Assembly (NCBI GenBank): GCA_963771355.1
Contig: CAVYTA010000005.1
Coordinates: 1 to 64,000 of the forward strand
Length of the DNA stretch: 64,000 nt
Direction of reading: 5' to 3'
DNA from: an uncultured Candidatus Rokubacteria bacterium
GTDB lineage: Bacteria; Methylomirabilota; Methylomirabilia; Rokubacteriales; CSP1-6
This document shows, piece after piece, positions 21,157-32,604 of the stretch. Under the pieces are notes generated by a model. It did no database searches, had not been told where the DNA came from, and saw nothing but the letters and a program-made list of their open reading frames with translations. Position 1 is the first letter of the stretch; each line of letters starts with the position of its first letter. Made by a program: the position numbers and the translations under genes.

Positions 21157-21615
21157 ATGCGGCGGGCCGCCCGCAAACGTACGACACGCCAGTTGGAGCA
21201 GGTGTTCAAAGCTCTCCAGGGCGATCACACTCACCCGTTCGCCCATGAGATCTACCAGCGGGTTCACAAAAAGCTGCCTCGGATCAGTCTCGCCACCGTT
21301 TATCGCAACCTTCACAGTCTCGTCGACGAGGGTAAGATCCGCACCCTCCTTCTGGACGCACAGGGAGCCCGATTCGATCCCGAGACCAGCCAGCACGATC
21401 ATTTCGTCTGCGAGCGATGCGGTCGAGTGGTCGACCTGTTCCTGCGCAAAGCTCGACCGGTCGATCTGAGTTCCCTCGCGAAGCAAGGCTACGTCGTCTT
21501 GACGCACACCTTGACGGTCCATGGGATGTGTCAGGTCTGTGCCGCTCGACGGACCTCGAGGTCCCAGCGCCCGGCGCGAAGGCTTCGCAAAGACCGATGT
21601 GCACGACGGCAGTAG
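21157..21615 (+). CDS. Fur family (PerR/FurA-like) transcriptional regulator
   Basis: 'ISLATVYRNL', 'HDHFVCERCG', 'GMCQVC'; lies upstream of katG. Confidence 0.92.
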   Translation: MRRAARKRTTRQLEQVFKALQGDHTHPFAHEIYQRVHKKLPRISLATVYRNLHSLVDEGKIRTLLLDAQGARFDPETSQHDHFVCERCGRVVDLFLRKARPVDLSSLAKQGYVVLTHTLTVHGMCQVCAARRTSRSQRPARRLRKDRCARRQ

Positions 21616-21642
21616 GGGTGTCTCACAACTAAAGGAGTCGCT

Positions 21643-21975
21643 GTGGCCGATGCCAACGTGGTGCGGCTCGAGCTTGGTCGCATCGGCTTAGGATCTTCGA
21701 CGCCAAAGGCGGTCCCCGCCCGGGCGAAAGGACGGTGTGAGATGGTGCCTGATCCGACTCCGCCCTACCGTGTGCCCGATTTCTGCCCTGACTGCCGCGA
21801 GAAGTTTCTCGCTGTGGTGGGCTGGATAGCCCCGGCGCTGGAGTCGACCCTCTCGCCGGCCCCGCCTGAGCCCATCACCACCCCCGAGGACACGCTGCGC
21901 AAGGCGGGCATCAGCAGCGAGCGCCAGGCGGCGTATCAGCGGCGGATGTCGAGCCTGCTGGCGGGGAGGGGGTGA
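21643..21975 (+). CDS. Small hypothetical protein with CPDC motif
   Basis: RBS AAGGAG before GTG 21643 (alternative ATG 21742); same strand, between the regulator and katG. Confidence 0.55.
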   Translation: MADANVVRLELGRIGLGSSTPKAVPARAKGRCEMVPDPTPPYRVPDFCPDCREKFLAVVGWIAPALESTLSPAPPEPITTPEDTLRKAGISSERQAAYQRRMSSLLAGRG

Positions 21976-22015
21976 AGGCCTGACGGCGCCAGGCTCCCGC
22001 CCGAAGAGCAAGTGA

Positions 22016-24262
<2,247 letters not shown>

Positions 24263-24468
24263 TCTCAGGGACTAAGCCGTAGCAGTCATTGTGCCGACCA
24301 GCCTCGACGTGGCATCGGGTCATTCCCGACCACGTCGAGGTTGACCGAACGCTACCGAGCCGCATGGTCGGCCACCTGGCCAAGGCCGACCCGGCCTGCG
24401 CCGGGGGCGTGAAGAAGCGAACACCACGCTCGACATGGGTGCCGGTATTTCCATGCCGTCCGGTTGCG

Positions 24469-25312
24469 TCAGCGAAGGAACCGGAGCGCGTTGTCGTGGA
24501 AGATCTTGCGGCGCACGACGTCGTCGAGCCCGCGCTCCCAGGCCCAGCGGCGTTCCTCGTCGTAGTCGTAGGGAATCAGCGGGAAGTCCGAGCCGAAGAG
24601 CACCCGGTCCTGGTGCCGGACGAGGTCCGCATCGGACACGGCGCCGGGATCCGCCCCCGTGTACGGCGTGGCGTGCGGACGTCATGGCCATCGTGGTGTC
24701 GACGTAGAGGTGAGGGTACGCCGGCAGCAGCGCCAGGAACTCCGCACTCTGGAACGCGCCCATGTGGGCGACGCAGACGCGCAGTCGCGGGAAGCGCGCC
24801 ATCAGCCGCGCGAACCGCTCGAACCCCGTGAAGGGATCGCGATACGGCATGGTGCCCACGTGGAGCACGAACACGTGGCCCGCCTCCTCCGCCCGCTCGT
24901 ACACGCCGAACAGCCGCTCGTCGTCGACGTGGAAGCGCTGCACCGAATGGTGGAACTTGAAGCCACGCAGCCCGAGGTCACCGGTGGCCTCGCGCGCGAT
25001 GTCGTCGAGGTCGGGGTCGTCGGGGTGCAGCGTGCCGAGCGCGATCGCCTCCGGGAGCCGGGCCGCCTGCGCGGACAACCACTGATTCAGCGCTCGCGAC
25101 ATGCCGGGCTTGTGGGCATAGGAGAAGAAGCAGAAGCGACGCACCCCGCGGGCTCGTAGCGTATCGGCCACCGCCGACGGCTCGAACGAGTGCCCGGCCG
25201 GCCAGCCGTGATTGGTGAACCAGCGCTCGATCGCCCGGGCGAGCCCCTCGGGGTGAAGGTGGACGTGGACGTCGACGCTGGGGAACGCCGTCAGGGGGAG
25301 CCGGGCTTCCAC
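24469..25312 (-). CDS. Amidohydrolase_2 family protein (one frameshift near 24675)
   Basis: 'VDVHVH', 'GFKFH', 'AHMG'; the C-terminus 'DRVLFGSDFP...KIFHDNALRFLR*' lies in another frame. Confidence 0.85.
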
Positions 25313-26877
25313 TACGGCGTCTCCCCGGCCCGGCCCTTGGTGGCGAACTGCCGCTCGTACAGCGCGCGAAGCTCCTCGAGCGTGGTCGCCTGGCCCGGGC
25401 CCTTGTCCTCACGGATGTGCGCGATGCGGGCGAAGCGCAGCGCCATCCCCGAGGGATAGGTCGGACTGCGCTGGATCTCGTTGTACTCGACTTCGACGAC
25501 GACCTCCGGCTGCACCCGCACGGTGTAGCCGTCGTCGGCGAGGGAGAGGGCGCGCAGGCGTTCGGTCATCACACCGAACTCCGCGTCGGTGAGGCCCTTG
25601 AAGGTCTTGCCGACGTCCGCGAAGGTCTCTCCGTCGCGCACGGCCAGATGATAGTTGGACAGCCAGCCCCGCCGCCGCCCCGAGCCGCGGTCGGCGGCGA
25701 CTATCACGCAGTCGATGGTCTCCGGGGTCTTGAGCTTGAACCAGCGCTTGCCGCGCCCGCCCGGCTCGTACGGCGAGCGCGGGTCCTTGGCCATCACCCC
25801 TTCGTGGCCCGCGGCAAGCGCGCGGGCATGAAACGTCCGGGCCGACTCGGCGTCGTCGATCAGCACACGCTCGGCCAGGTAGCGGCCGCCGGTCACGCGG
25901 GCCAGCGCCTCCCAGCGTTCGGCCTGGGACGCGTCGATGAGCGAGCGGCCGTCGGCGTGCAGGCAATCGAAGAAGTGCAGGGCGAGCGGCATCTCGCGGG
26001 CCAGGGCTTCCACGCCGTGGACCCGGCGGAAGCGCCGCATCAGCTCCTGGAAGGGCAGCGGCCGGCCCTCCGCGTCCAGCGCCACGACCTCGCCGTCGAG
26101 GATGAAGGGCGCCCCCCGCAGCCCGCGAGCGACGGCCGCCACGTCCGGCAGGCTCCGGGTGACGTCGGAGAGACGGCGCGTCCAGATGCCCACCCGGTCA
26201 CCCTCGCGATGCACCTGCACGCGGGCGCCGTCGTACTTGAACTCCAGGGCGGTGCGACCGCCGTGGGCGCGCAGCACGTCCTCGAAGTCGGTCGCCAGCT
26301 CGGCCAGCATCGGCAGCAGCGGGACGAACGGCCGCGGCGCCACGCCGGCGAGGGCCGCCGCCCCGCCCGCCCGCGCCAGCGCCGCGACCGCAGCCAGGTC
26401 GCCGAGGAACAGCGCGGCCCGGCGGACGGCGGTCAGGTCGGCGGCGGCGGCTACCCCGATGGCCTCGAGCACGAGACCGTCGGAGACGCCGGTGCGCAGC
26501 TCACCCCCGAGAATTCGATTCAGGAACTCGCGCTCCTCCTCGCCGGCACGCGCCGACAGCTCCGCCAGGCGCGCCTGCCGCGCTCCGCGCGAGCCACTGC
26601 CCGTTGCCTCGGCTACCGCCGCGAACGCGGCGCTCACGTCGCCGAGAGTGAGCGGCGGGCCCCCGCGCGCCGGGAGGCCGCGCGGCAGGCCGCGCACGCC
26701 GAGCACACGGGGATCTGAAGTGGGGAACGGATGGCCGGTGAGAAACGCCACCGCCGACGGGAGCTCGCTCGTGTCGACGGCCTGGAGGAAGTCGGCCACG
26801 AGCCGCCGCTTGTCGAGGCGCCCCGGCGTGGCCTCGAGCCGCCGGCCGAGGCGGGCGAAATCGGCGAAGAGCGTCAC
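25312..26877 (-). CDS. ATP-dependent DNA ligase (DBD-adenylation-OB, LigB/archaeal type)
   Basis: 'EFKYDGARVQVH', 'ILDGEVV', 'HEGVMAK', 'WFKLK', 'ALRFARI..IREDK'. Confidence 0.95.
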   Translation of the reverse strand: MTLFADFARLGRRLEATPGRLDKRRLVADFLQAVDTSELPSAVAFLTGHPFPTSDPRVLGVRGLPRGLPARGGPPLTLGDVSAAFAAVAEATGSGSRGARQARLAELSARAGEEEREFLNRILGGELRTGVSDGLVLEAIGVAAAADLTAVRRAALFLGDLAAVAALARAGGAAALAGVAPRPFVPLLPMLAELATDFEDVLRAHGGRTALEFKYDGARVQVHREGDRVGIWTRRLSDVTRSLPDVAAVARGLRGAPFILDGEVVALDAEGRPLPFQELMRRFRRVHGVEALAREMPLALHFFDCLHADGRSLIDASQAERWEALARVTGGRYLAERVLIDDAESARTFHARALAAGHEGVMAKDPRSPYEPGGRGKRWFKLKTPETIDCVIVAADRGSGRRRGWLSNYHLAVRDGETFADVGKTFKGLTDAEFGVMTERLRALSLADDGYTVRVQPEVVVEVEYNEIQRSPTYPSGMALRFARIAHIREDKGPGQATTLEELRALYERQFATKGRAGETP

Positions 26878-27016
26878 GCCCCCATTCTACGGGGTCGAAA
26901 AGCCCCGATCCCGGCGCATTCCTACCCGCCCCATCGGCTTGACAAGGCTCGAGCCGGGGTGTGCATTTAAGCGTGTCGGCGGTCGTACATAGGATCGACA
27001 CCGACCGGAGGTCACT

Positions 27017-27344
27017 ATGGCAGCCACTGTAGAGCGCATCGACGTCGGAACCGCACGGAAGAACGTGTCGAGTGGACAGGCGCTCCTCGTCTGCGCCTAC
27101 GAGGACGATGCGAAGTGCCGGAAAGGGTCGCCTGGAGGGCTCGATCCCCTTGGCCCGTTTCGAGACAATGGCGGCGACCCTCCCCAAGACCCAGGAGATC
27201 ATCTTCTACTGCGCTTGACCCGCCGAGGCGTCGGCTGCCGGGCAGGCAGCACGGTACATCGGGCGAGGATTCGAGAACGCCAAGGCGCTCCGCGGTGGGG
27301 TCCAGGCATGGGTCCAGGCCGGCCTTCCGGCGAAGGATGAGTGA
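27017..27344 (+). CDS. Rhodanese-like protein with in-frame TGA (YCA-U-P), probable selenoprotein; 1-nt indel near 27123
   Basis: Joined frames read MAATVERIDV...LLVCAYEDDAKCRK/GRLEGSIPL...QEIIFYCA*PAEASAAGQAARYIGRGFENAKALRGGVQAWVQAGLP; TGA at 27216-27218. Confidence 0.8.
27221..27265 (+). promoter_or_regulatory. Putative bacterial SECIS element (rhodanese gene)
   Basis: Stem GCTGCC (27234-39) / GGCAGC (27245-50), loop GGGCA; lower pairing CGCCGA with TC(G)GGCG. Confidence 0.65.
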
Positions 27345-27505
27345 GCGAGCGAGGCGCGATCTCAGCGCTTAGCCCTTCGCGCGTGACCAGGAGCATCCTG
27401 TTCTCCGTCGTGAGCACAAAAATTCCTTGACACGCTGGTCGCCCGGGCTGTACCTGAGGCGGAACGGGTCACGGCCAATTGACCGGCGAGACAGCTCCTG
27501 ACACG

Positions 27506-28078
27506 ATGGCCAGCGCCTCCGCACGGAGGCGAACGCCCCCTCGCGGCTACTTGGCCATCATCCGCACGATCGACAAGTTTACCGAGATCACCAGCTACGT
27601 GTTCGTGGTCGTGATCATTCCCCTGATCCTGGCCAATGTCGTCGAGGTCTTCGCCCGCTACGTGCTGCGGTCGCCGACCGTCTGGGCCCTCGACGTGACC
27701 ACGATGTCCTACGCGGCCCTCTTCATGCTGGGGGCGGCACTGGCCCTTCTCAAGGGCGCGCACGTCCGGACCGACATGCTATGGGAGCGGTTCTCGGACC
27801 GAAAGAAGGGGATGATCGACAGCGTGGCCCTGCTGATCTTCTTCCTGCCGACCATGGCCGTGCTGTTTTCCATCTCCATCGACGATTTCCTCTACTCGAT
27901 CTCGATCGACGAGCGGTCCAGCTCCGGCGCCTGGACGCCGATCTTGTGGCCGCTGCGCGGCGTGATCCCGCTGACCGCGTTCATGCTGTTCGTCCAGGGC
28001 ATCTCCGAGCTCATGAAGAGCCTCTGGGCCTGGCGAACCGGGGAGTTCCTGACCGTGCACGAGAAGATCGAGATCTGA
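27506..28078 (+). CDS. dctQ: TRAP transporter small permease
   Basis: 'EVFARYV', 'GAHVRTD', four TM segments. Confidence 0.9.
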   Translation: MASASARRRTPPRGYLAIIRTIDKFTEITSYVFVVVIIPLILANVVEVFARYVLRSPTVWALDVTTMSYAALFMLGAALALLKGAHVRTDMLWERFSDRKKGMIDSVALLIFFLPTMAVLFSISIDDFLYSISIDERSSSGAWTPILWPLRGVIPLTAFMLFVQGISELMKSLWAWRTGEFLTVHEKIEI

Positions 28079-28082
28079 GGGC

Positions 28083-29622
28083 ATGAGCGTCAACGAGGCG
28101 CTCGGATTTCTCATGCTCCTCAGCATGGTCGCGGTCATCTTCATCGGCTTCCCGATCTCCTTCACGCTGCTGTTCCTCGCCCTGGTGTTCGGCGGATTGG
28201 GATTGGGGTGGAACCAGACCTTCAATCTCGCCTATCTGCAGATCTGGGGCACGATGAAGGACGAGATCTTCCCCGCGGTGCCGCTCTTCATCTTCATGGG
28301 CTTCATGACCGAGCAGGCCGGGCTCATGGAGCGGCTGTTCGGGGCGATGAGGAGCCTGCTCGCCTCGGTGCGCGGCTCGCTCTATCTGGCGGTCATCCTG
28401 ACCGCCACCATCTTCGCCATGGCCACCGGCATCGTCGGCGCGGCGGTGACGGTGCTCGGCATCATGGCCGCCCCGATGATGCTCAAGTCCGGCTACGACG
28501 CGCGCTTGTCGGCCGGCGCGATCGCCGCCGGCGGCACGCTCGGCATCCTGATTCCGCCCAGCATCATGCTGGTGGTGATGGGCCCGGTCATGGGCGTGCC
28601 CGTCAACATGCTGTACTCGGCGGCCTTCGGCCCCGGCTTCTTGCTCGCCTCCTGCTACATCGGCTACACGCTCCTGCGCAGCTTCATCAACCCGAAGCTG
28701 GGGCCGGCCATGACCATGGAGGAGCGCCGGGCCGCCTACGACGACATGACGACGGAGAAGGTCCGCTTTCCCGTGGTCGGTGCTGGGTCTCGTCTGCATG
28801 GTCGCGATGACCTATCTCGGCGCCGACGTCGTCTTGAGTCGGCTGGACGTTCCGCCGCTCACCGTCAGCGTCGGCCCGGTCGTCGGTGTCGGGCGTCGCG
28901 CTGTTGCCCGCGCTGGCCACCGCGGTCCCCTACTTCCGGAACCGCTACTTCCGGGCGCGTGGTGCTGGGCGTCGCGCCGCTGAGCGCGCTCATCGGGTTC
29001 ACGCTCGGCACCATCATCGGCGGGCTGGCGACGCCGACCGAGGCGGCCTCGTGCGGAGCGTTCGGCGCCACCCTGCTGGCTTTGATCTATGGCCGGCTGG
29101 ACTTCAAGTCGGCCAAGAACGCGGCGATGGGCACGATGGTCACCGTCGCCATGGTCCTGTTCTTGGCGGTGGCGTCCAACGTGTTCGGCGTCCGTCTTCA
29201 CGAAGCTGGGCTCGGCCAACCTGATCACGGATTCGCTCCTCGCCCTCCCGGTGGGCGACTGGTGGAAGCTCGCGCTCATCATGGCCATCTTCTTCATCCT
29301 GGGATGGCCGTTCGAATGGCCGGTGATCATCCTCGTCTTTCTGCCGATCGTCCTGCCGGTGATCGAGAAGTTCCAGCTCGGCCTCAACAAGCTCGATTTG
29401 CTGATCTGGGTCGGCACCGTGATCGCGGTCAACATGCAGACGGCGTACTTGAGTCCGCCGGTGGCGATGTCCGCCTACTATCTGCGCAACGTGGTGCCGC
29501 AATGGAGCCTGTCCACCATCTACCGGGGCATGGCCGACTACATGGTGATCCAGGTCTTCGTCCTCATCGTGCTGCTGCTCTTCCCGAAGATCGCCCTGTG
29601 GCTGCCGCACTTCGTGCGGTAG
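28083..29622 (+). CDS. dctM: TRAP transporter large permease (several indels at 28.78-29.19 kb)
   Basis: 'AVPLFIFMG', 'GGTLGILIPPS', 'ATPTEAA', 'QTAYLSPP' spread over frames. Confidence 0.88.
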
Positions 29623-29644
29623 GGGAGACGCCGCCGGGGAGACG

Positions 29645-29674
29645 AAAAGAAAGGGCGGCCGAGGGGCCGCCCTT
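29645..29674 (-). terminator. Intrinsic terminator between convergent dctM and dctP
   Basis: Stem AAGGGCGGCC / GGCCGCCCTT with loop GAGG; U-rich tail on the minus strand. Confidence 0.75.
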
Positions 29675-29699
29675 CTCGTGTCTCGACCCGGTCCGGCGA

Positions 29700-30818
29700 T
29701 CAGCGCTTCGCGGGCCAGTAGTGATCAGCCTGGAAGCTGTAGGGCGGGAACATGAAGCGCTTGGCCGGCACGACCTTCGACGCATAGGCGCGCTGCGACT
29801 CGTAGACCTTCTTGAAGAACGGGTTCTTGGCGGATTCGGCCGCCGCGAACTCGTCCCACACCTTGAGAAACGCCTTGTTGATCTCGGGCGGCGTGGTGAG
29901 CAGCTTCACGTTGTGCTTCTCCACCAACTCGGCGATGGCGTCCGCGTTCTGCCGCTGCCACGACGCCCACCAGCGCAGGAAGGTCTCCGACGTGGCCGAC
30001 TGGATCGCCTCCCGCTGCTGGGGCGTCAGGCTGTCCCAGACGTCCTTGTTGATGGCGAGCTCGGCGACCGAGGCGCTCTCGTGCATGCCCGGCGTGTAGT
30101 GGTACTTCCAGACCGTGTGGAGGCCGAGCCGGTGGTCCTCGACGCCGCCGACCCACTCCGCACAGTCGATGGTGCCACGCTCGGCGGCGGGCAGGATCTC
30201 GCCGCCCGGCATGTTGACCACGGCCATCCCCATCTTGGAGTAGAGCTCGGCCACGATGCCGGTCTGGCGGCACTTCATGCCCCGGAAGTCGGCCAGGTCC
30301 TTGATCGGGCGCTTGAACCAGCCCATCGCCTGCGGGCTCGGGGGGATGCTGGGGAACGCGACGAGGTTGAGCTTGAGCTCCTTCTGGTAGAACTCGTTCC
30401 AGAGGTCGAGCCCGCCGCCGTCATAGACCCAGCCGATGAAGTCGATGGCATCCATCCCCGCGATGCCGGCCGGCGTGTTGGCGAAGAGCGTCGCCGCCTT
30501 GTTCTTGCCAAACCACCAGTAGGAGATCCCGTAGGCGCCGTCGATCACCTTCTTGTGGGTCGCGTCGAGGATCTCGAACGGCGGCACGATGGCCCCGCCC
30601 GGCAAGGCGTCGATCTTGAGCTGGCCCGCGGTCAGCTTGTCGACTCGATCGGCAAAGAACTTGAAGGCCTCCTGGGTCGTGGATGACGCCGGCACCGCGG
30701 ACTGCATCTTGAGCACTCGCGGCGGTTGGGCCTGCTGGGCGGGCACTGGTCCGGCGAACGCCACCGTGATCGACACCGCCGCGACCACGGCGGCTCTCGT
30801 GAGGGTAGTAAAGGCCAT
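29700..30818 (-). CDS. dctP: TRAP transporter solute-binding protein
   Basis: Signal peptide, 'QAMGWF', 'FRGMKCR', 'MPGGEILPAAERGTID'. Confidence 0.92.
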   Translation of the reverse strand: MAFTTLTRAAVVAAVSITVAFAGPVPAQQAQPPRVLKMQSAVPASSTTQEAFKFFADRVDKLTAGQLKIDALPGGAIVPPFEILDATHKKVIDGAYGISYWWFGKNKAATLFANTPAGIAGMDAIDFIGWVYDGGGLDLWNEFYQKELKLNLVAFPSIPPSPQAMGWFKRPIKDLADFRGMKCRQTGIVAELYSKMGMAVVNMPGGEILPAAERGTIDCAEWVGGVEDHRLGLHTVWKYHYTPGMHESASVAELAINKDVWDSLTPQQREAIQSATSETFLRWWASWQRQNADAIAELVEKHNVKLLTTPPEINKAFLKVWDEFAAAESAKNPFFKKVYESQRAYASKVVPAKRFMFPPYSFQADHYWPAKR

Positions 30819-31014
30819 TCTTGTCATCCTCCTATTGTGCGAAGCGGGTGTGGGCCCCTTCTTCGGTCTCGCTGGCCGAAAGCTTACCTCGGAGCAGGGG
30901 CTTTCAACCAGAGGGACCGTTCGGGCCCCCGCTGAGGCCGCCCGGCCACACGCTGTGACTCCCCGGGAGGCAGTTTCCAGCCACGCGGACCGATTCTGGT
31001 GTTAGATAGCGGAC

Positions 31015-31728
31015 ATGATTACAGGCCCTATCATCGCCGAGATCGCGGCGCTGGTCGGAGACCCTGCGAGAGCGACCATGGTGTCGGCGCTTCTCGATGG
31101 CCGCGCCCTGACCGCGAGCGAGCTTGCCGGTACGGCGCGAATCACGCCTCAAACCGCCAGCGCTCATCTCGCGAAGCTGACAGAGGCGGGCATGCTTTCG
31201 GTGGTCCGCAATGGCCGGGAGCGCCATTTCCGGCTTGCCTCGCCGACAGTGGCAGACATGATCGACGGGATCGTCGCCGTCGCTCTAGAGAAGAGACCAC
31301 GATACCGCCCCCTATCCCAGCAAGCACGCGCGCTCAGTGCGGCCCGCATTTGCTACGACCACCTTGCGGGCCGCCTCAGCGTTGATCTCACCGATGCTTT
31401 CGTCGCCCGAAAATACATCGTGCTCGACGAGGAGACCGCTGAAATCACGACCGCGGGCACCCGGTTTCTCAGCACATTCGGGATCGAGCTGTCCAGACTA
31501 CGCTCGACCCGCCGGCCCCTTTGCCGACTCTGCCTCGATTGGACCGAACGACGCCCACACATCGCGGGAGCGGTAGGGGCCGCGATCACCAGGCGCTGCT
31601 TCGAACTCGGCTGGATGGAAAGGATGAAGCGCAGCCACGCCGTTATCGTCACCCCGTTGGGGCGGCGGGGCTTCCAGGAGAGCTTCGGCATCGCCGCGTC
31701 CGACCCGGGCGAGCGACGGACACGCTAG
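31015..31728 (+). CDS. ArsR family HTH regulator (CYDHLAG / CLDWTERR subfamily)
   Basis: 'DPARATM...TASELA...TASAHLAKL', 'ARICYDHLAG', 'CLDWTERRPHIAG'. Confidence 0.92.
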   Translation: MITGPIIAEIAALVGDPARATMVSALLDGRALTASELAGTARITPQTASAHLAKLTEAGMLSVVRNGRERHFRLASPTVADMIDGIVAVALEKRPRYRPLSQQARALSAARICYDHLAGRLSVDLTDAFVARKYIVLDEETAEITTAGTRFLSTFGIELSRLRSTRRPLCRLCLDWTERRPHIAGAVGAAITRRCFELGWMERMKRSHAVIVTPLGRRGFQESFGIAASDPGERRTR

Positions 31729-31850
31729 TGGCGGCCGGGGAATGATCGGGTGGGATCGCTCGAGAAGCCAACGCGAGGCCATTCGCTCTCGGAAACGGAT
31801 CCACGGCGACCTGCCGACGTCTTGCCGTCGGTCGCGGAACCCCGGTAGAT

Positions 31851-31870
31851 GCTTCGATCATCGCCGAAGT
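31851..31870. promoter_or_regulatory. Inverted repeat CTTCG-N8-CGAAG, candidate ArsR operator upstream of the AhpD-like gene
   Basis: gCTTCGatcatcgcCGAAGt; a weaker second copy follows at about 31883-31900. Confidence 0.45.
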
Positions 31871-32031
31871 GTTGAGCGCAGCGTTCGACCGTTTCGGATG
31901 TAAGATCGCCGTCAGGATTAACCAGCCCTTTCATCGTGGGTGTGCCGTCTAGATTGGTCCGCGTTGCGGCGCGTGGCGAACGGCTCGTGGCTGGCGTGGG
32001 ACGCCGCATCGCTGACGTGGGGGAGGTGGCC

Positions 32032-32586
32032 ATGCTCGAGGGGAAAACCCGCATTCCGCCGGTCGACGTCGAGACGCTTCCGGACGACCTGCGGGAGGTG
32101 CTCGAGGAACAGCGCAAGCTTCGGGGGGCGCCGCTCTATCCCTACCTCTTCTATGCGCGCAACCCGGCGTACTTCCGCGCCGCGCAGGCGATGTGGACCG
32201 CCCTCCAACAAGAGACGAAGCGCGTGCCCGGTACGCTCAGGGCGCTGCTCAACCGTCGCGTCGCCTGGTGGAACGGCTGCGAGTTCTGACAGGACGCCAA
32301 TGCTGCCGTGGGCAGCAGGCTCGGCGTCTCGACGGAGAAGCTCGAGGCGCTCAACGACTACGCGAAGAGCCCGCTCTTTACCGATGCGGAGAAGGTGGCG
32401 CTCGAATACGCCGACGCGATCACGGACACGCGCCGCGACGTGGACGACGAGCTGTTCGCGCGCGTGCACCGGCACTACGACGACGACACCATCGCGGAGC
32501 TGACGATGATCATCGCGTGGGAGAACGCATCCTCGCGCTTCAACCGGGCGTTCCGCATCCCCTCGCAAGGGTTCTGGAAGCGATGA
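32032..32586 (+). CDS. AhpD/CMD-like alkylhydroperoxidase with CxxU motif, probable selenoprotein (184 aa)
   Basis: RBS GGAGGT then ATG 32032. ORFs 31936-32289 and 32308-32586 share a frame and are separated only by TGA 32287-89 in 'NGCEF*QDAN'. Confidence 0.88.
32293..32328 (+). promoter_or_regulatory. Putative bacterial SECIS element (AhpD-like gene)
   Basis: Upper stem TGCTGCC / GGCAGCA with loop GTG, starting 11 nt after the TGA; lower stem GACGCC / GGCGTC. Confidence 0.75.
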
Positions 32587-32604
32587 TCGGCGGAGGTGCT
32601 GGCG

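Noticed and set aside
27118..27128. Programmed frameshift at CGGAAAGGGT in the rhodanese gene
   Set aside because: A homopolymer indel is more parsimonious given the errors elsewhere; no clear stimulatory element.
28083..30686. 867-aa ORF
   Set aside because: Artefact: frameshifted dctM runs on into the antisense strand of dctP.
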